Source: Octopus vulgaris | Taxonomy: Eukaryota | Assembly (NCBI GenBank): GCA_951406725.2 | Contig: OX597816.1 | Location: 127,720,001-127,784,000, forward strand | Direction: 5' to 3' | Length of the DNA stretch: 64,000 bases | Shown: piece by piece, positions 12,083-26,052 of the stretch | How positions within the stretch are numbered: position 1 is the first letter of the stretch | Layout: every line of letters starts with the position of its first letter | The notes under the pieces: model-generated | What the model saw: the letters and a program-made list of their open reading frames with translations, nothing else | Told to the model about the DNA's origin: nothing | The model's database searches: none | Made by a program: the position numbers and the translations under genes

Positions 12083-14597
12083 AGATTAAATTTATTATGG
12101 GCTACAAATACAATACAAAAGTGTATATGTGTTTTTGAAAGAGGGGAATTATCTCAAAGTCAACCTACTTTATTTGCATATTTGTCAAATTCTACAAATA
12201 TCACTGTGAATTTAGTGACACCTCAGTATAGATATTAAAAAAAAATCATTTGAGACATTATTTTTACCTCCAGATCAGTTCTGACTCAGTAAGCTTTTCA
12301 TCTAAGACCATTCCACTCATGACAATCATTCTGCTACTTCTGTGGTGCATATATAGGGATATATATGTTGTATGTTCTTTTGCTTTTTAAAACTATAAAT
12401 GTGTGATTCAAGGGAGATTAGCTACTATTTCTTGCTGATTAAACAACCTTCGGTTTCCTTTAAATAGTTCTTGGGCATGGTGTGTATCATTATGTAACTC
12501 TGTGCTTTATCAAAGCTGTTACAAATAACCTGATATTCTTTCTTGTATTGTGAAACAGGTTTTTGTGTATCTTTAATTTGATTATTTATGTTGATTATAG
12601 ATTCTTCCACCAAATGATGAAAAATATTATTTATAAAATAGTGTTTAATTATTTCATCATTTTATTTAATCGTTTTAATTAGCTATTCAACTTAATATCG
12701 CTATATTGATTTGGTGGTGAACATTTAGTGATTTTTGCAGCTTTTATGCTATTAATGACTTTTCCACAATTATGTCGGTTTCATCTGTTATAAAGCCTCA
12801 TGTTGAAAATTCAAACAACTGTACTGTATTCTTTCACTGGAACATTTGCCATTTAATGTAAATAGTCTCTGTTCAGTCATTTCTGTGGGGGGAAAAAAAA
12901 ACAGGAAAAAAATCACTATTTAATGGAAGGCTTGAATTGATCATTCGTACAGTTATTTCTCTTAATTTCATTCTGTTGAATTCGATTTATATTAGAGTTT
13001 TCTTTTACAGAAACTTTCCTCAATTGTATTTACTGTAGTCTGAAGCAACAGCAAAGTATAAACTCTAGAAATGTGCACATTTTCAGTGTAAACTTTCTTG
13101 TGAAATATTTCAAAAATCACTCATAAAAATTTCATTTCATTAACTGAAAAACAAAATAAGAGATTTCAACTATTTTTTTTTATTTCCCAAGTTTGAAAGG
13201 TCCAGCTAAATTAACTAATGCAAATATTTACAAGGTAAACACATGAGCAGGTCTTCAAATGAATAATATATATATATATATATACAATGAAACAAAAGTA
13301 GAATTATTTATAGCTTAAGCTATTTGATTTCAGGTACTCTTCCAAATGAGTATTTCATCACTGCAAAGACTCTATAACATTTGCTGTTTTAGTATTTGAT
13401 ATTATCGGTCTCGGGATTCTTTTTTTTTTTTTATTATTATTATATCTGTAAATGTTCTTTTTCCAATACTATTTCCATTAATTTATGTTTAAAAATTTAG
13501 ATCCAGAAAAGTATTTCTAAGATACCAATAATTTAACAAACACTTGTTTTACTTTCCTCTCTTCACACTTTCAACTTTACTCATGTCTTTTGATTTCAGT
13601 AAAATCTTGATTACTTCGTATAAATTCAAGAAACATTTCTCTGAAATAAGCGAATTCTGCATGTTAATAAGAGTAGCAAAATATTCAATTAGTAGAGAAA
13701 AGTAGAGTGTTCTCTAGCTTTGTAGCTAAGATTTTAATTATATTACATTTGTTGCATTACTAAATGAAATATCTACTATAAAATATAAATTGTACAGCAG
13801 TTTCAAGAACATTCTTTCATCTCAGACAGTATTGTTTACTGATCTAACAGAAACCAATCATGGGTTTCCTTTAGATCAGTAAATTTAAGATAACTCTTTC
13901 AAGTAGAAAGATGTCTACTACTTGACAAATCTGTTGCAGCTCATTTTAGCACTGCAACAGAAATCACTTAAGAAAACAGTTCACTCAAATCACCTCAATG
14001 CTTTTGTGATGCTCAATCAGACTGAAAATAACTATATTTTCATTGTATCTGATGTCTAACTAATATTTATTCAAGTTACATTTAAAGAAGTGTTCTTTCA
14101 TCTCATCTGAAAATATTCTTCAAAATGTTTAGAAGAATTGCCATATGACTATCACTTCTTTCATACTTTCATTTGATTTCATAGCAATTCATATTTGCTA
14201 GAACATCTTGCTTACTATCCAGTGTATTTCAAGTAAACAGTTATTAACAATTCTTAATTTGTACTATTAAACCTCCTTACTTTCATTTCACTCCCTGAGA
14301 AAATATTCAGGTAACTTTTCTACTACTATCTGTATAAAAAGCAAACTTTTCTACTGTGTTTTCTTAGGCATTAACTTTTGATTTTAATTTTTTCAGCTGT
14401 TACATCATCTGATGTTCATAACCCCATTTTTAACAATTATGTTTGTTTTTCTAATTTTACATCTGAGCTTTTATTTTTTCTAGAAATTCATGTATGCATG
14501 AGTAAATATGAGAGAATGTAGATTTACAGTTGTGTTTGCAATGCTTAAAGAATAGATTTTAATACTGAGCTTAAATTAAGTCTTGTGTATAAAAATT

Positions 14598-14745
14598 CTG
14601 GTGGTGTGGCTAGACATAATTGAAAAGTTTACTTTGAAACCAAATGGTTTCAAATTCAGTCCCACTTAGGTAAAAGTGTGCTCTCCATAGCCCCAGGCTG
14701 AATGTAGTTTTGAGTGTAACTGGTTGATGAAAACTGAAAGAACTG
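14598..14745 (+). mobile_element. Decayed SINE 5' half
   Basis: A/B-box remnants; ccatagccccagg and gaaaactgaaagaa shared with 43933. Confidence 0.55.
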
Positions 14746-14879
14746 TGTAATATATAGAGATACTGTAGAACTGTGTTTAAGTTGACTTCACAAATTCATG
14801 CCAAAATCACAATATAAACAATGGTGATGGTGATTGAATTATATTCATCATCATTATCATCATCATTTTAATGTCCATG

Positions 14880-14991
14880 CCTATATATATGTGTGTGTGT
14901 GTGTGTATATATGTATATCTATATATGTATGTATATATGTGTGTGTGTATATATGTATATGTATGTATATATATGTGTGTGTGTGTGTATA

Positions 14992-15045
<54 letters not shown>

Positions 15046-15075
15046 TGTATCTATATATGTATATGTATGTATATC
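14880..15075. repeat. (TG/TA)n microsatellite
   Basis: Low-complexity array. Confidence 0.95.
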
Positions 15076-15292
15076 TAATATATTTTATTTTAAAAACCAA
15101 GGAAAGTAACCCATCCGCTCCTGGAAGGGATCCTCACATATAGGCAAGTGAAATAACCCATTCATTTTCCTGAATAATTTGGTAAAAAATGAAATTGAAT
15201 ATGCTTATTTCTTAATATTTGAACTGTTAGAGTTCTTTTCACAATTTATCCAGTACAACCCTTAAACAAGTAAATAGTATTTTCCTAAACAA

Positions 15293-16203
15293 TATGTATA
15301 TGTATGTATGTGTATGTATATATGTATATGTATGTATGTGTATGTATATATGTATGTATGTGTATGTATATATATATATATGTATGTATATATATGTGTA
15401 TGTATATGTATGTATATATGTATGTGTATGTATATATATATATGTATGTATGTTTATGTATTTATACATATGTATATGTATGTGTATGTATATATGTATA
15501 TGTATGTGTATGTATATATGTATGTGTATGTGTATATGTATGTATGTGTGTGTATATATATATATGTATGTATGTTTATGTATATATGTATGTATGTTTA
15601 TGTATATATATGTATGTATGTTTATGTATATATATGTATGTATGTTTATGTATATATATATATGTATGTATGTTTATGTATATATATATATGTATGTATG
15701 TTTACGTATATATATATATATATGTATGTATGTTTACGTATATATATATATGTATGTATGTTTATGTATGTATATATATGTATGTATGTTTATGTATATA
15801 TATATATGTATGTATGTTTATGTATATATATATATGTATATATGTTTATGTATATATATGTATGTATGTTTATGTATATATATGTATGTATGTTTATGTA
15901 TATATATATGTATGTATGTATATATATATATGTATGTGTATCTATATATATGTATATGTATGTATATATGTGTATGTATGTATGTATATATGTATATGTG
16001 TATGTATGTATGTGTATGTATATATGTATATGTATGTATGTGTATGTATATATATATATATATATTTATGTATATATATATATGTGTGTGTGTATATATT
16101 TATGTATATATATATATGTGTGTGTATATATTTATGTATATATATAGATATGTATATGTGTGTATATTCTTGCATGTGTATGTATATATATATATGTTTA
16201 TAT

Positions 16204-16238
<35 letters not shown>
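15293..16238. repeat. Compound (TA/TG)n microsatellite
   Basis: Low-complexity array producing spurious Y/I/M/C/V ORFs. Confidence 0.95.
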
Positions 16239-16241
<3 letters not shown>

Positions 16242-16425
16242 GGTCATCCCTTAAATGATGTGGCTTAAAAGTAGGTAGTAATTTTACTTTGTCCTTACTC
16301 TTAGTGCAAGTTTTGAAGGGTGGAGTTCGATTTCAACAGTTATTTTTTCAAAGTTATAATGGAAGTGACATAGGAGAATATTCAGTATATTTTTGCTGTT
16401 TTGAGTTCAGTAAAGGCAACAACAT
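16238..16425 (+). mobile_element. 5' fragment of the same mariner family, internally deleted
   Basis: Similar to 5356-5580 (...caaagttataatggaagtgaca...). Confidence 0.75.
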
Positions 16426-19400
16426 GTCTCACTATGTGCAAATGTTACCATGCTTGATAACAAACAATGCGTGGTGTACAAGAAGGCTATCAGGCCGTAG
16501 GAAAACGTTCCAAGAATTATTTCTGATCCATGTAAAAATAGAAAATGGATATTGAAATTATAACGACGATGATTATAACTTAATCACGTTTTTTATCATC
16601 GTTGTTTTTATTTTTCAGATGTTAGCATGAATTGGATAAGTCAGCTTAAACATAGCTGTACAGTATCTCTTCTGTGAGGCTCAGATTCCTGAGATGTGCT
16701 CTCACTACTTCTGACCACATTTTTTTCAGTCTTACTATTTTGCATGCTCATTCTACTTGCATTATTTGACAATTTTCATTCAACTCTCATTCTTTATATA
16801 CATGACCTGTCCATATCATTCACATCATTGTGAATATATCTGATGTCTAGTTTTTCCTTTCAGCATTGTAGTTTATAGATACTGCCATTATATATCCAAC
16901 AGAGTATACTCACTGTGTTTCTTTTCTGCCTTCATATATTTGTTATATATGGCACTAATGTTCCCCTGTCATACATTTTCACTTGGGACATGTGATTAAT
17001 TATATTTTTATCACACATAGACAGGCATACACTTCCTTTTAGTCGCATAATAATTCTTTGTTGAATTCTTTCTGTTTTTGGCTATATTCAACCGGAATTC
17101 ACTATAAAATATATGTGTTATGCTGTAGAGAGACAAAAGAAAAAATAGTTTCATTTGAAATCATTAGTTGATAAAGTTTTATAGAATGGAGAGTTGCTAA
17201 AATAGAAACTGAAGAACAATTTTTGGAAGAAATGGAATACTTGCATGTAACAGATAAATTAAATAAGATAATGCAATTAATATATAAGAAATAAAGAAAA
17301 AGAAAGCCATCAGAAAATAAAGAGGCTGTATTCATACAAAGAAAAACTAAATAGAAAAACAACATTATAGTGGTGAGTTTAGGAGACTTTCAATTTGGTT
17401 TATACCTCAGAGGTATATAGATCTTTGGAATGATAAGTATTTTTAGCTTCCCTTTATTTATTTTTTATTTTCATTTTCAATTAGTTGACAAAATATTCTT
17501 GTATTGATTATGTTTGCTGATTTTCTTTTCCTTAGTAAAAATATATTAGGTATGCAACACTTAATGTTGTTATGCTAGCTACCTTAAGGGCTGCATTGTA
17601 AATTTGAATCTTCTGCTATACATCTACTAAGGATTCTTCATCAAAATTAGATGAATTTTCTATCCTCTTGGCATGTCAAATTATATGCACATTTTACTCT
17701 AGAAATGTTTTAAACATTTTTTTCTATTTAAATTTATACTAATAAAATTTTGCTTCACATTACTATTTTATTTTATTTTATTTTATTTTGAAGAATTACC
17801 TATTTTCACATGAACCCAGTAATTTGTTTTTATTTCTGTGAAGAATTGTTGGTTATATTTGTTTATTGATTTGGGTCATATTCGTTATTTATCTCTGTTT
17901 ATATTGAGAAATTATGTTAGTTCTCTACTTGATAATGAAATAATTTATTCCACTGCACTTTACTATGAAATCTCTGCTTTTGATGGTCATTCTTGCTTTC
18001 AAGACTTATTTTATGCTAAAAGCTTGCTTCGAGTTTTTAATAAGACTGTGGAATATAAATTCATAGATTTATTTATTTATTAATTTAAACAATGTAGTGG
18101 AATCACTGTGTATTGCATTTCACTGTTGCATTCTTCAAATTTAATACTTTTGATTTTGAATTTCTTGACATTCATGCTAGCACAGATGTACATACTAGAA
18201 ATTCTGATATTTGCTCCATTAAATACCGTTGCCATTGTCAGTTAGTCACCGATGAAATAGAAATTGTTTATGGTAGTTAAATGAAATAATGTTTCTTTAT
18301 CACCAGCAGATGTTTTGCACTAAAGTAACTGTGATTAAATTATGAAACTTTTCTGGAAGTTACCCAAAATCCACTACTTCAGTCAAATTGTCCACTTAAT
18401 CTTAAATCTGTTGTTTCCAACTCTTGGATTTTTTCAAAATCTTATTTGTACAAACATCCAATATAATTTACACAAGCAATAACGGATCTGAACAAAAATA
18501 CTTGACTAAATATCACACAATAGTTGCAGTCTTACCAATGACTCAGTGCTAGCTAGTTAGAACTATTATGTAGCTTGCAATTCTGACTTAGAATATTGTT
18601 TGTTTTAGATATCATTTACATGTTTATATTACTCGTGAACATTACTTGCCTATCTCCTAGATGGTAATTAAGCCTTAATGTAAATAAAACCCTAATGTAA
18701 ATAATGATTATAAATACACCTCCATACTTAATATATAGACAAGACAAGCCAACAAAGAACCTCTATGCATTTATTCAGCTAACTAGAAACAGCAGCCATG
18801 CCTCATTCATGTTTTTCTTTACCCAATGTGAACAACAATTGTTTAGCTTGCCATACTATAACAAAAATGTTTTAAGAAATATTTTTAAAAAGGCTTTAGA
18901 TGAACCAGCAAGTATATAAGATTACCCTTTAATCTTATATACTTTATCCTTTAAGGACCATGTGATGCAAGCCATTCCATTACCATTAAGCAAAATCAGT
19001 TCTTAAAATTCCCAGTTTGATTTACAGATTTACTTCTACAAATGGAAACAACTAGATTCATAATAGCTTCAGAATTGATCACACATTTATGACTTTGTAA
19101 TAACATACAATTATGTTGGATGGCACATTTCTAAGACATCCATAAAATGATAATCAGTAACTATACTTAAAATGAAACCACATAAAATTAACATAAAATA
19201 AAATTTATGCATAAAAAAAATAGAAAAATCACCATTTTTCTGCATAACAAACATAACAGATTCACTTTTTAAAAACAGCATTATCGATGACATAAATACT
19301 GAAAGTAGAATAATTATTGATGGTACAAATATATCTCCCAGGAGGTAAAAAATATCTTGTTATATTAAATAACTATATGAATTGCAACTAACATATCAAC

Positions 19401-19513
19401 TGAGTAGTTACTCCGACTCTGCTCTCTCTAATATAAACATGATCAAGATACTCCTTATCATAGATCAGTTTGTTTTTTGTAATAATGCTTCCTGATTTAT
19501 GAGGCCAATAGGT

Positions 19514-19731
19514 TTAACCCTTTAGCATTTGAAATGGTCCTATCTGCCCTAAATATTTCACCTGTTTTATGCTCAAACTGACCAGATCCAGCCTTTCACA
19601 CCTACTCTACAGTATCATTCGAAACGTAAACGATTAAATGTCAAAGCTATGATATTATGTATGATTAATTCAAAACAATATGAATGAATAAGCATTACAT
19701 TTGACAGAGTAATTTGGATGCTAATGGGTCA
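19514..19731. mobile_element. piggyBac-like MITE
   Basis: Left end TTAA-CCCTTTAGCAT, right end ATGCTAATGGG-TCA (decayed TIR and TSD). Confidence 0.5.
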
Positions 19732-21305
19732 GGCGGTGAGAGGAAGTACCAATGAAGTACTGAGGTCAATGACATCAGTTCTTCATTGGTACTTCATTTT
19801 ATCACCTACCAAAGATGAAAGGGAATGTCAACCTTAGTAAGATTTGGACCTAGAATGCAAAGGAACAAATGCAAAAAAATCATTTTTTCAACAGTGTAAC
19901 ATCTCTGTCCACTTAGCTTCTTTATTGATAATGCCATTATGTTTAAAAACTTCCCTATTGTAAGGCCTTCTTTGTTTTTATATATGATTCAAACAACAAC
20001 ATGGGAAGGTTTAAAACTTCAAAACTATAGTGTCTGTACTTTTCCTAATATTCTTTTCTTTTCATCCCCCACTTTTTTTTTGCCAAATCTGAAATTTGTC
20101 TAAAACTGAAAACAACGCCAAAGGATTTGTTTGAACAGACAGCACTAGCCAATACATTCTACATAAACCAGCCAATCATTTCATTCCCCTCGTCAAAATT
20201 AAATAAAATGAAATAAGTCTTCCCTTGTCATTTCAGCTATTCTTCTCAGATACTTTCTTAATTGCATTACGGAGATGGTTGAGGCTGTAACATCAATCAT
20301 CTCTATAATGACCAACCTTTCATTTGTTTCTTTTCAGCTGAGATACTTTTAAATACTTTCTTTTTGCACCATTGAAAATTACAAACATATCAGTACTTAA
20401 TCCTAATATATTGTTGGAATTCATAGTTAACTGACTGGTTTGAATCAAAAATTGTTCTGAAAAATAAGCTGCCCTAAACATGAGAAACCAATATAGAATC
20501 TACCCACAGTGTTGTTTCCTCATGTTATTAACATTTGCATTTATTAGACATATTAGTTGCCTTACTTGTTACCAACAAACTCTACATTCAATAATATGGA
20601 AATCCTGCTGCAAATCCAATATTCCAGGAGTTAATGTCTATACTCTATGATATTCACCTAAGCTAGTCATGGATCTCTGTCATTTGATAATGAGGATTCA
20701 ATTAATCAATCAACTGAAATATCTGCTCCTGAGTTAACATGTAAATAACTGAGCATTTAGCAGCCATGAGTATCCTTCATGTAATTCTCAGGTAGAAACA
20801 ATGCAATATAGGGACAAGATTGTTTTTTTTCAATTCACTTGATGGGTCTTTATACAATTTCCTTTTACCCAGTTTCACTCACAAGAGATGGGTTTCTCTA
20901 AGACTATAGAAAAGGACATTTGTTCAAAAGGCCACACATTGGTCTCAAACCCAAGATCTCATGGTTTGGAAGTAAACTTTGTAACATATAACCATACTGT
21001 GCCTATTGTAGGTTAATAACACTGTATTACAAGGAAAAAATAAAAGAAAGCATTTTCAGCTTTTTAAATGTCTTCTGTTAATAATACCTTATTATTCTAA
21101 AAATCTTCTTTCCTTTAGTGTATTGTGAGCTTAAATTTTGAGACAATATTTAATTTAGAAATAGTGCCAGAAACAAGGCTTTTCTGCTAAAAGTTGCTCT
21201 CGCCTTGTCAGAGAGCACTTTATTTGTGTATAATATTATGTTTTGTGAAATTTGATTTAGTATTTCTAAATTGAATTTTTCCCTGTAAGTTTGGAATAAT
21301 ATTCC

Positions 21306-21350
<45 letters not shown>

Positions 21351-21897
21351 CATATATATATATGTGTGTGTGTGTGTGTGTATGTAAAGGAGATAAATGC
21401 TTATTCATGTATTCTCCCCAGTATTTTCATATCCTCTGTACATTAAGTAGAGCAATTCGTTTGAATTACTGAATACTTTGCAAATTTATTTTATATGAAT
21501 TAATCTACTAGCCCTAAGTTTATTGCATGTGTGTGTTTAGTGTGTGTGTGTGTAATAAATAGCATGATGGCTGAAGATATTCCAATACTGAAACTAATTA
21601 GTTCAATAGTTTAGAAAGCAAAAAAAAGGAAGAAAAAAAAACCCTTCTTTGTATTTTGATTTGTATGCTCTAGGGAGTGCAATTCCAATGACTACATTTA
21701 AAACTAATGCTATTTTGTAAAGATATTCATTCAATTGATACTGGTTATGTAGTATTGATTTTATTTTATTTCCTCTTTTCTTCAAAAATTGACACCAACT
21801 AAGAAAATTCTCTTATGCATGGAAAGATTTAAAAATAACTCCTCACATTTTCATCATCATCATCACCATCACCAACATCATCATCACCATCATTATA

Positions 21898-22995
21898 GCA
21901 GCAGCAAGCTGGCAGAATTGTTAGCATGCTGGGTAAAATGCTTGGTGGCAGTTTTGTGTGTGTCTGTGTGTGTGTGTTTAAATTCTGAGTTCAAATTCTG
22001 CCAAGGTTAACTTTGCTTTGTATCTTTTCGGGGTTGATAAAATGAATACCAGTTGAGTATTGAGGTTGATGTAATTGACTTACCCCTCCCTAGGAATTGC
22101 TGGCCCTGTGCCAAAATTTGAAATCATTGTTATTATTATTGTTGTTTCTGATTTAGGCATAAAGCCAACAATTTTGAGGGAAGGGGTTAGCCAATACTAT
22201 TGATCCCAACACTTATCCCACTATAATATTTTTATCAACCACAGAGAGTGGAACAGCGAAATTTCATCAAGGCAAGGTTTGAATTCAATATCTATCTTGC
22301 CTTTCATTCCTCTGGAGTTGATAAAATAAAATGCCAATCATATTTTGTGGTTGCTTATTTTGACTAACCACTTCTGCTCACTATAGTTGGTCTTGTACCT
22401 GAATTAGAAGCAATTATTATTATTATTTTATTAATATTTCAAAGTGGCTAGCTGGCAGAATTGGTAGCATGCTGAGTAAAAAGGTTAGCAGCATTTCATC
22501 CACCTTTACATACTGAGTTCAAATTCCACTGAGGTTGGCTTTTCCTTTCACCCTTTTGGGGGTCGATAAAATAAGTACCAACTGAGTACTGGAGTTGATA
22601 TAATGGACTTACACCTGCCTCCAAAATTGCAGGCCTTGTGCCTAAATTTATAATCATTATTATTATTAACATTCAAAGCTGACAAAATATAAGTATCAGG
22701 CACTAGGGATGATTTGGTTGACTATAACTTCCTTTTCCATATCTGAAAACAGTTTCAGTGTAAGAAGTTATAATCATGTTAATATTAGGGTTTGGAGTGG
22801 CAGAATTATTAGTATTGGTCAAAATGCAGCATTTGTGGAAGCTCTATATATTGCAAGTTCAAATCCTGCCAAGGCCAAATTCACCTTTTTGTTCTTCCAG
22901 TCGATGAAATAAAGTACCAGCCAAGTGCTTTGGTCAAATGTCATTGACTACACCCTCATAAAACTGCTAACCTTGTACCTAAATTTGGAACAACT
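21898..22995. mobile_element. Cluster of about six Meta-like SINE copies or fragments in both orientations
   Basis: Heads at ~21900, 22443 and 22792 (+); inverted copy ~22145-22290; separated by (TTA)n. Confidence 0.75.
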
Positions 22996-23119
22996 ATTAC
23001 TGTTTATTTTGATTCTTTTATCATTGATATTGCCTTTCTTTTCAGATTTTATTATATTAGCACTAGAGATTATGGATGACATGTGTGTGTGTGTGCTCAC
23101 ATGTATATGTGTCTATTTT

Positions 23120-23220
23120 TACAAGAGGTGCTGAAAAGTTCCTGGCTTTAAGGTATCGTAAAAGACCTGGTGAAAGACTTAACCGGTCAATGGATTTGGC
23201 ATACCAAATCCATCATCTGG
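23120..23220 (+). mobile_element. Mariner TIR fragment
   Basis: tacaagaggtgctgaaaagttcctgg resembles a mariner terminus. Confidence 0.45.
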
Positions 23221-23265
23221 TTATGTAAGAAATTATTATTATTACTATTATTATTATTATTATAT

Positions 23266-23573
23266 CACCGTGATCACTGTGACTGATCAGGCTATCAGAT
23301 GTTGCTACACATCACTGGTCACAATGTGCTTTGCATTGTTTTAGCCTTCAAACAACGCCGCCCCACTAGCTAAGCGAGCAGGCCAACAGAAGAAAGAGTG
23401 AGAGAAAGTTGTGGCAAAAGAGCACAGCAGGCATTGCCACCACCCCCTGCCAGAGCCTTGTGGAGCTTTAGGTGTTTTCACTCAATAAACACTCACAACG
23501 CCCGGTCTGGGAATCGAAACCTTGATCCTACGACTGTGAGTCCACTTCCCTAGCCACTGGGCCATTGCGCCTC

Positions 23574-23576
<3 letters not shown>
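23266..23576 (-). mobile_element. tRNA-derived SINE, third family
   Basis: Minus-strand head gtggaggcgcaatggcccagtggctaggg...ggtttcgattcccagacc with A and B boxes. Confidence 0.75.
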
Positions 23577-23649
<73 letters not shown>

Positions 23650-24153
23650 AGAGAGAGAGAGAGATATGTGTGTGTGTGTCTGGATGACCTAACATATAGG
23701 TTTGGCAGTATATGCATGAATGTGTGTGTAGATAATTGCAATGTGCACACTGGTGGACACTTGCAAGTGGATGGACTTCCATACCACAATCTATACTGGC
23801 ATAGATAACAATGCAGAGTCAGTCACCAACCAGAATGTGAGAACATAGGTCAAGTTGTTTGATGTTAGAGAAGAAAACCAGATGAGCAAATAGATAAGAC
23901 CAGTATGGTGGTGATGGAAGTTGATAATGGATACAATTGATAATGGATATTTAGCAGTTCCACCACTGCTGCAGGTTGCTTTTCATGTGCTACTGATACA
24001 CTTCTGTACTTTTTAACACTATACATATATATACAAGATGCTTTCTCAAGGTGATTACTGCAGTTTTATGGTTTTTAATCGTATGACCACATTAAGCAAG
24101 ATATGCAGAAAGCTATTCTGAACCCATTCTGGTTGATAACAAATATGTGTGTA

Positions 24154-24232
<79 letters not shown>

Positions 24233-24443
24233 ACATGCAGGCATAACTTAGTGTTTAGGGTGTTGCACTCATGATCATAAGATTATTTTGATTCTTGATG
24301 AGTTGCATGGTCTTGAGTGAAACAGTTCATTTCATGTTGCTCCGCTCGACTCAGCTGCCAAAAGTGAGTGTATATATATATGTGTGTTTGTGTGTGTGTG
24401 TGTGTATGCATATATGTATGTAGTTGTATCTTTAAATGTATAA

Positions 24444-24479
<36 letters not shown>

Positions 24480-24879
24480 ATGTATATATGTGCGTGTAGT
24501 TATATCTTTAAATGTATAAATATATATCTATGTATAGGTATGTGTATATATTTATATATATATGAATCGGCATTCATGTGCGTGTGTTTCTTTGTCTTGA
24601 CATCATATGATAGGTGTAAATGAGTTTGACCATGATGCAAGTAGTGTTATCACTTTCCAGTACACTGTACGAACATGTCTGGCCAGAAAGAAATATTGCT
24701 TGACTTAGAAATAACGACTGTTGGCAACTGGGAGGTCACTCAACCACAGGAAATTTCCTTCAATAAACTTCAACCAACCATTGCAAGCCTGAAAATGGTA
24801 TGTGTGTGCGTGTGTGTGTGTGTGTGTGTGTGAGACTGCATTAATGTTTGTTTTTATGTTCAGTTATAATCCTTTGTAT

Positions 24880-25270
24880 TATAGGTACAAGACCTACAAT
24901 TTGGGAGTTGCAGGGATAGTCGATTACATCAACCCCACCAGTATTCAACTGGTAATTAATTTATCGACCCTAACGGATGAAAGGTCTTTGCCGATCATGG
25001 CGGTATTTGAACTCAGAACATAACAACAGATGAAAAACCTATTTCTTTATTACCCACAAGGAGCTAAACACAGAGGGGACAAACAAGGACAGTCATAGGT
25101 ATTAAGTCGATTACATCGACCCCAGTGCGTAACTGGTACTTAATTTATCGACCCCGAAAGGATGAAAGGCAAAGTCGACCTCAGCGGAATTCGAACTCAC
25201 AACGTAACGCAGACGAAATACCGCTAAGCATTTCATCCAGCATGCTAACAATTCCACCAGGTCATCACCT
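24880..25270 (-). mobile_element. Tandem or composite Meta-like SINE
   Basis: Two copies of ttaatttatcgaccc...ggatgaaagg...gaactca. Confidence 0.75.
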
Positions 25271-25354
25271 TCAGTTACAATAAAAACAATTTTACATTAA
25301 TCTGATAGGTTACTCTATACTTTTCCAGAATACAAAAGTATTATTCTTAAGCAA

Positions 25355-26052
25355 AAATGTTGTTCAGATTGTCTTTGCACAAGGGCTATCCGGACTCTTA
25401 CTTTAGCCATGAACAAGAATTAGTCTTCTCTCTTCATCTGACACCTACTTCCTCTCTTCCCTCTTACTCACCTTCTCCCTTCATTGATACCCCCTCCATG
25501 CACACCACACGCCCACACATCCCACTCCTACATACCCACACCCAGGCCCACATCCTCATCCCAAACCCACACTCATATCCCCCACACACCACACCTCACA
25601 ACACCACACCGCCATATCACATCACACCACCTCACAATGCTCTGCTCACACTAGCACTGACCACTTCACAGCACACACCCAAACATTACTGATGCACACA
25701 CACACGTGCACATCCACATGTCAAAGTCATCAGCCCCTATCCACACACACACACACTTACACACTCACACACACACACACACGCATGCACCCCCTCATTT
25801 TGGGATCACCAGTACTTTATTTTCTCCCCTTCTTCCTAGCTCTCCTGTCTAACCACCTTTGTCCAACCAGTCGCCATGATTGACTCCACAAGTTCTTTTA
25901 TTCTTTCTCTTTATTTCCTTGTATTCCTTTCTGTTGAAGAGCGTAGGCTCAAAACATAAAAGACTTCCTCACCTTCCTGAGTGCCAAACTAATACATCTG
26001 CTTATTGTTTATACACCTGTCTTCGTTTTTTGTTTTTATGTAAATTTCAGCA
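25355..26052 (+). mobile_element. Penelope-like element 3' remnant with decayed minimal hammerhead (25927-25962)
   Basis: LSLHKGYPDSYFSHEQELVFSL resembles the GIY-YIG C-terminal E-x-x-LIF-x-L motif; CA-rich spacer; CTGTTGA-A-GAGC GTAG GCTC-AAAACATAAAAG. Confidence 0.55.

Noticed and set aside
15294-16268. Long ORFs (279-377 aa) here and at 40557-41690 and 44949-46547
   Set aside because: Translations of TA/TG/CA microsatellites, open in several frames and both strands, using only Y/I/M/C/V/H/T
17130-17372. Purine-rich exon-like stretch ending at gtgagt
   Set aside because: Stop codons interrupt the plausible frames and there is no convincing acceptor
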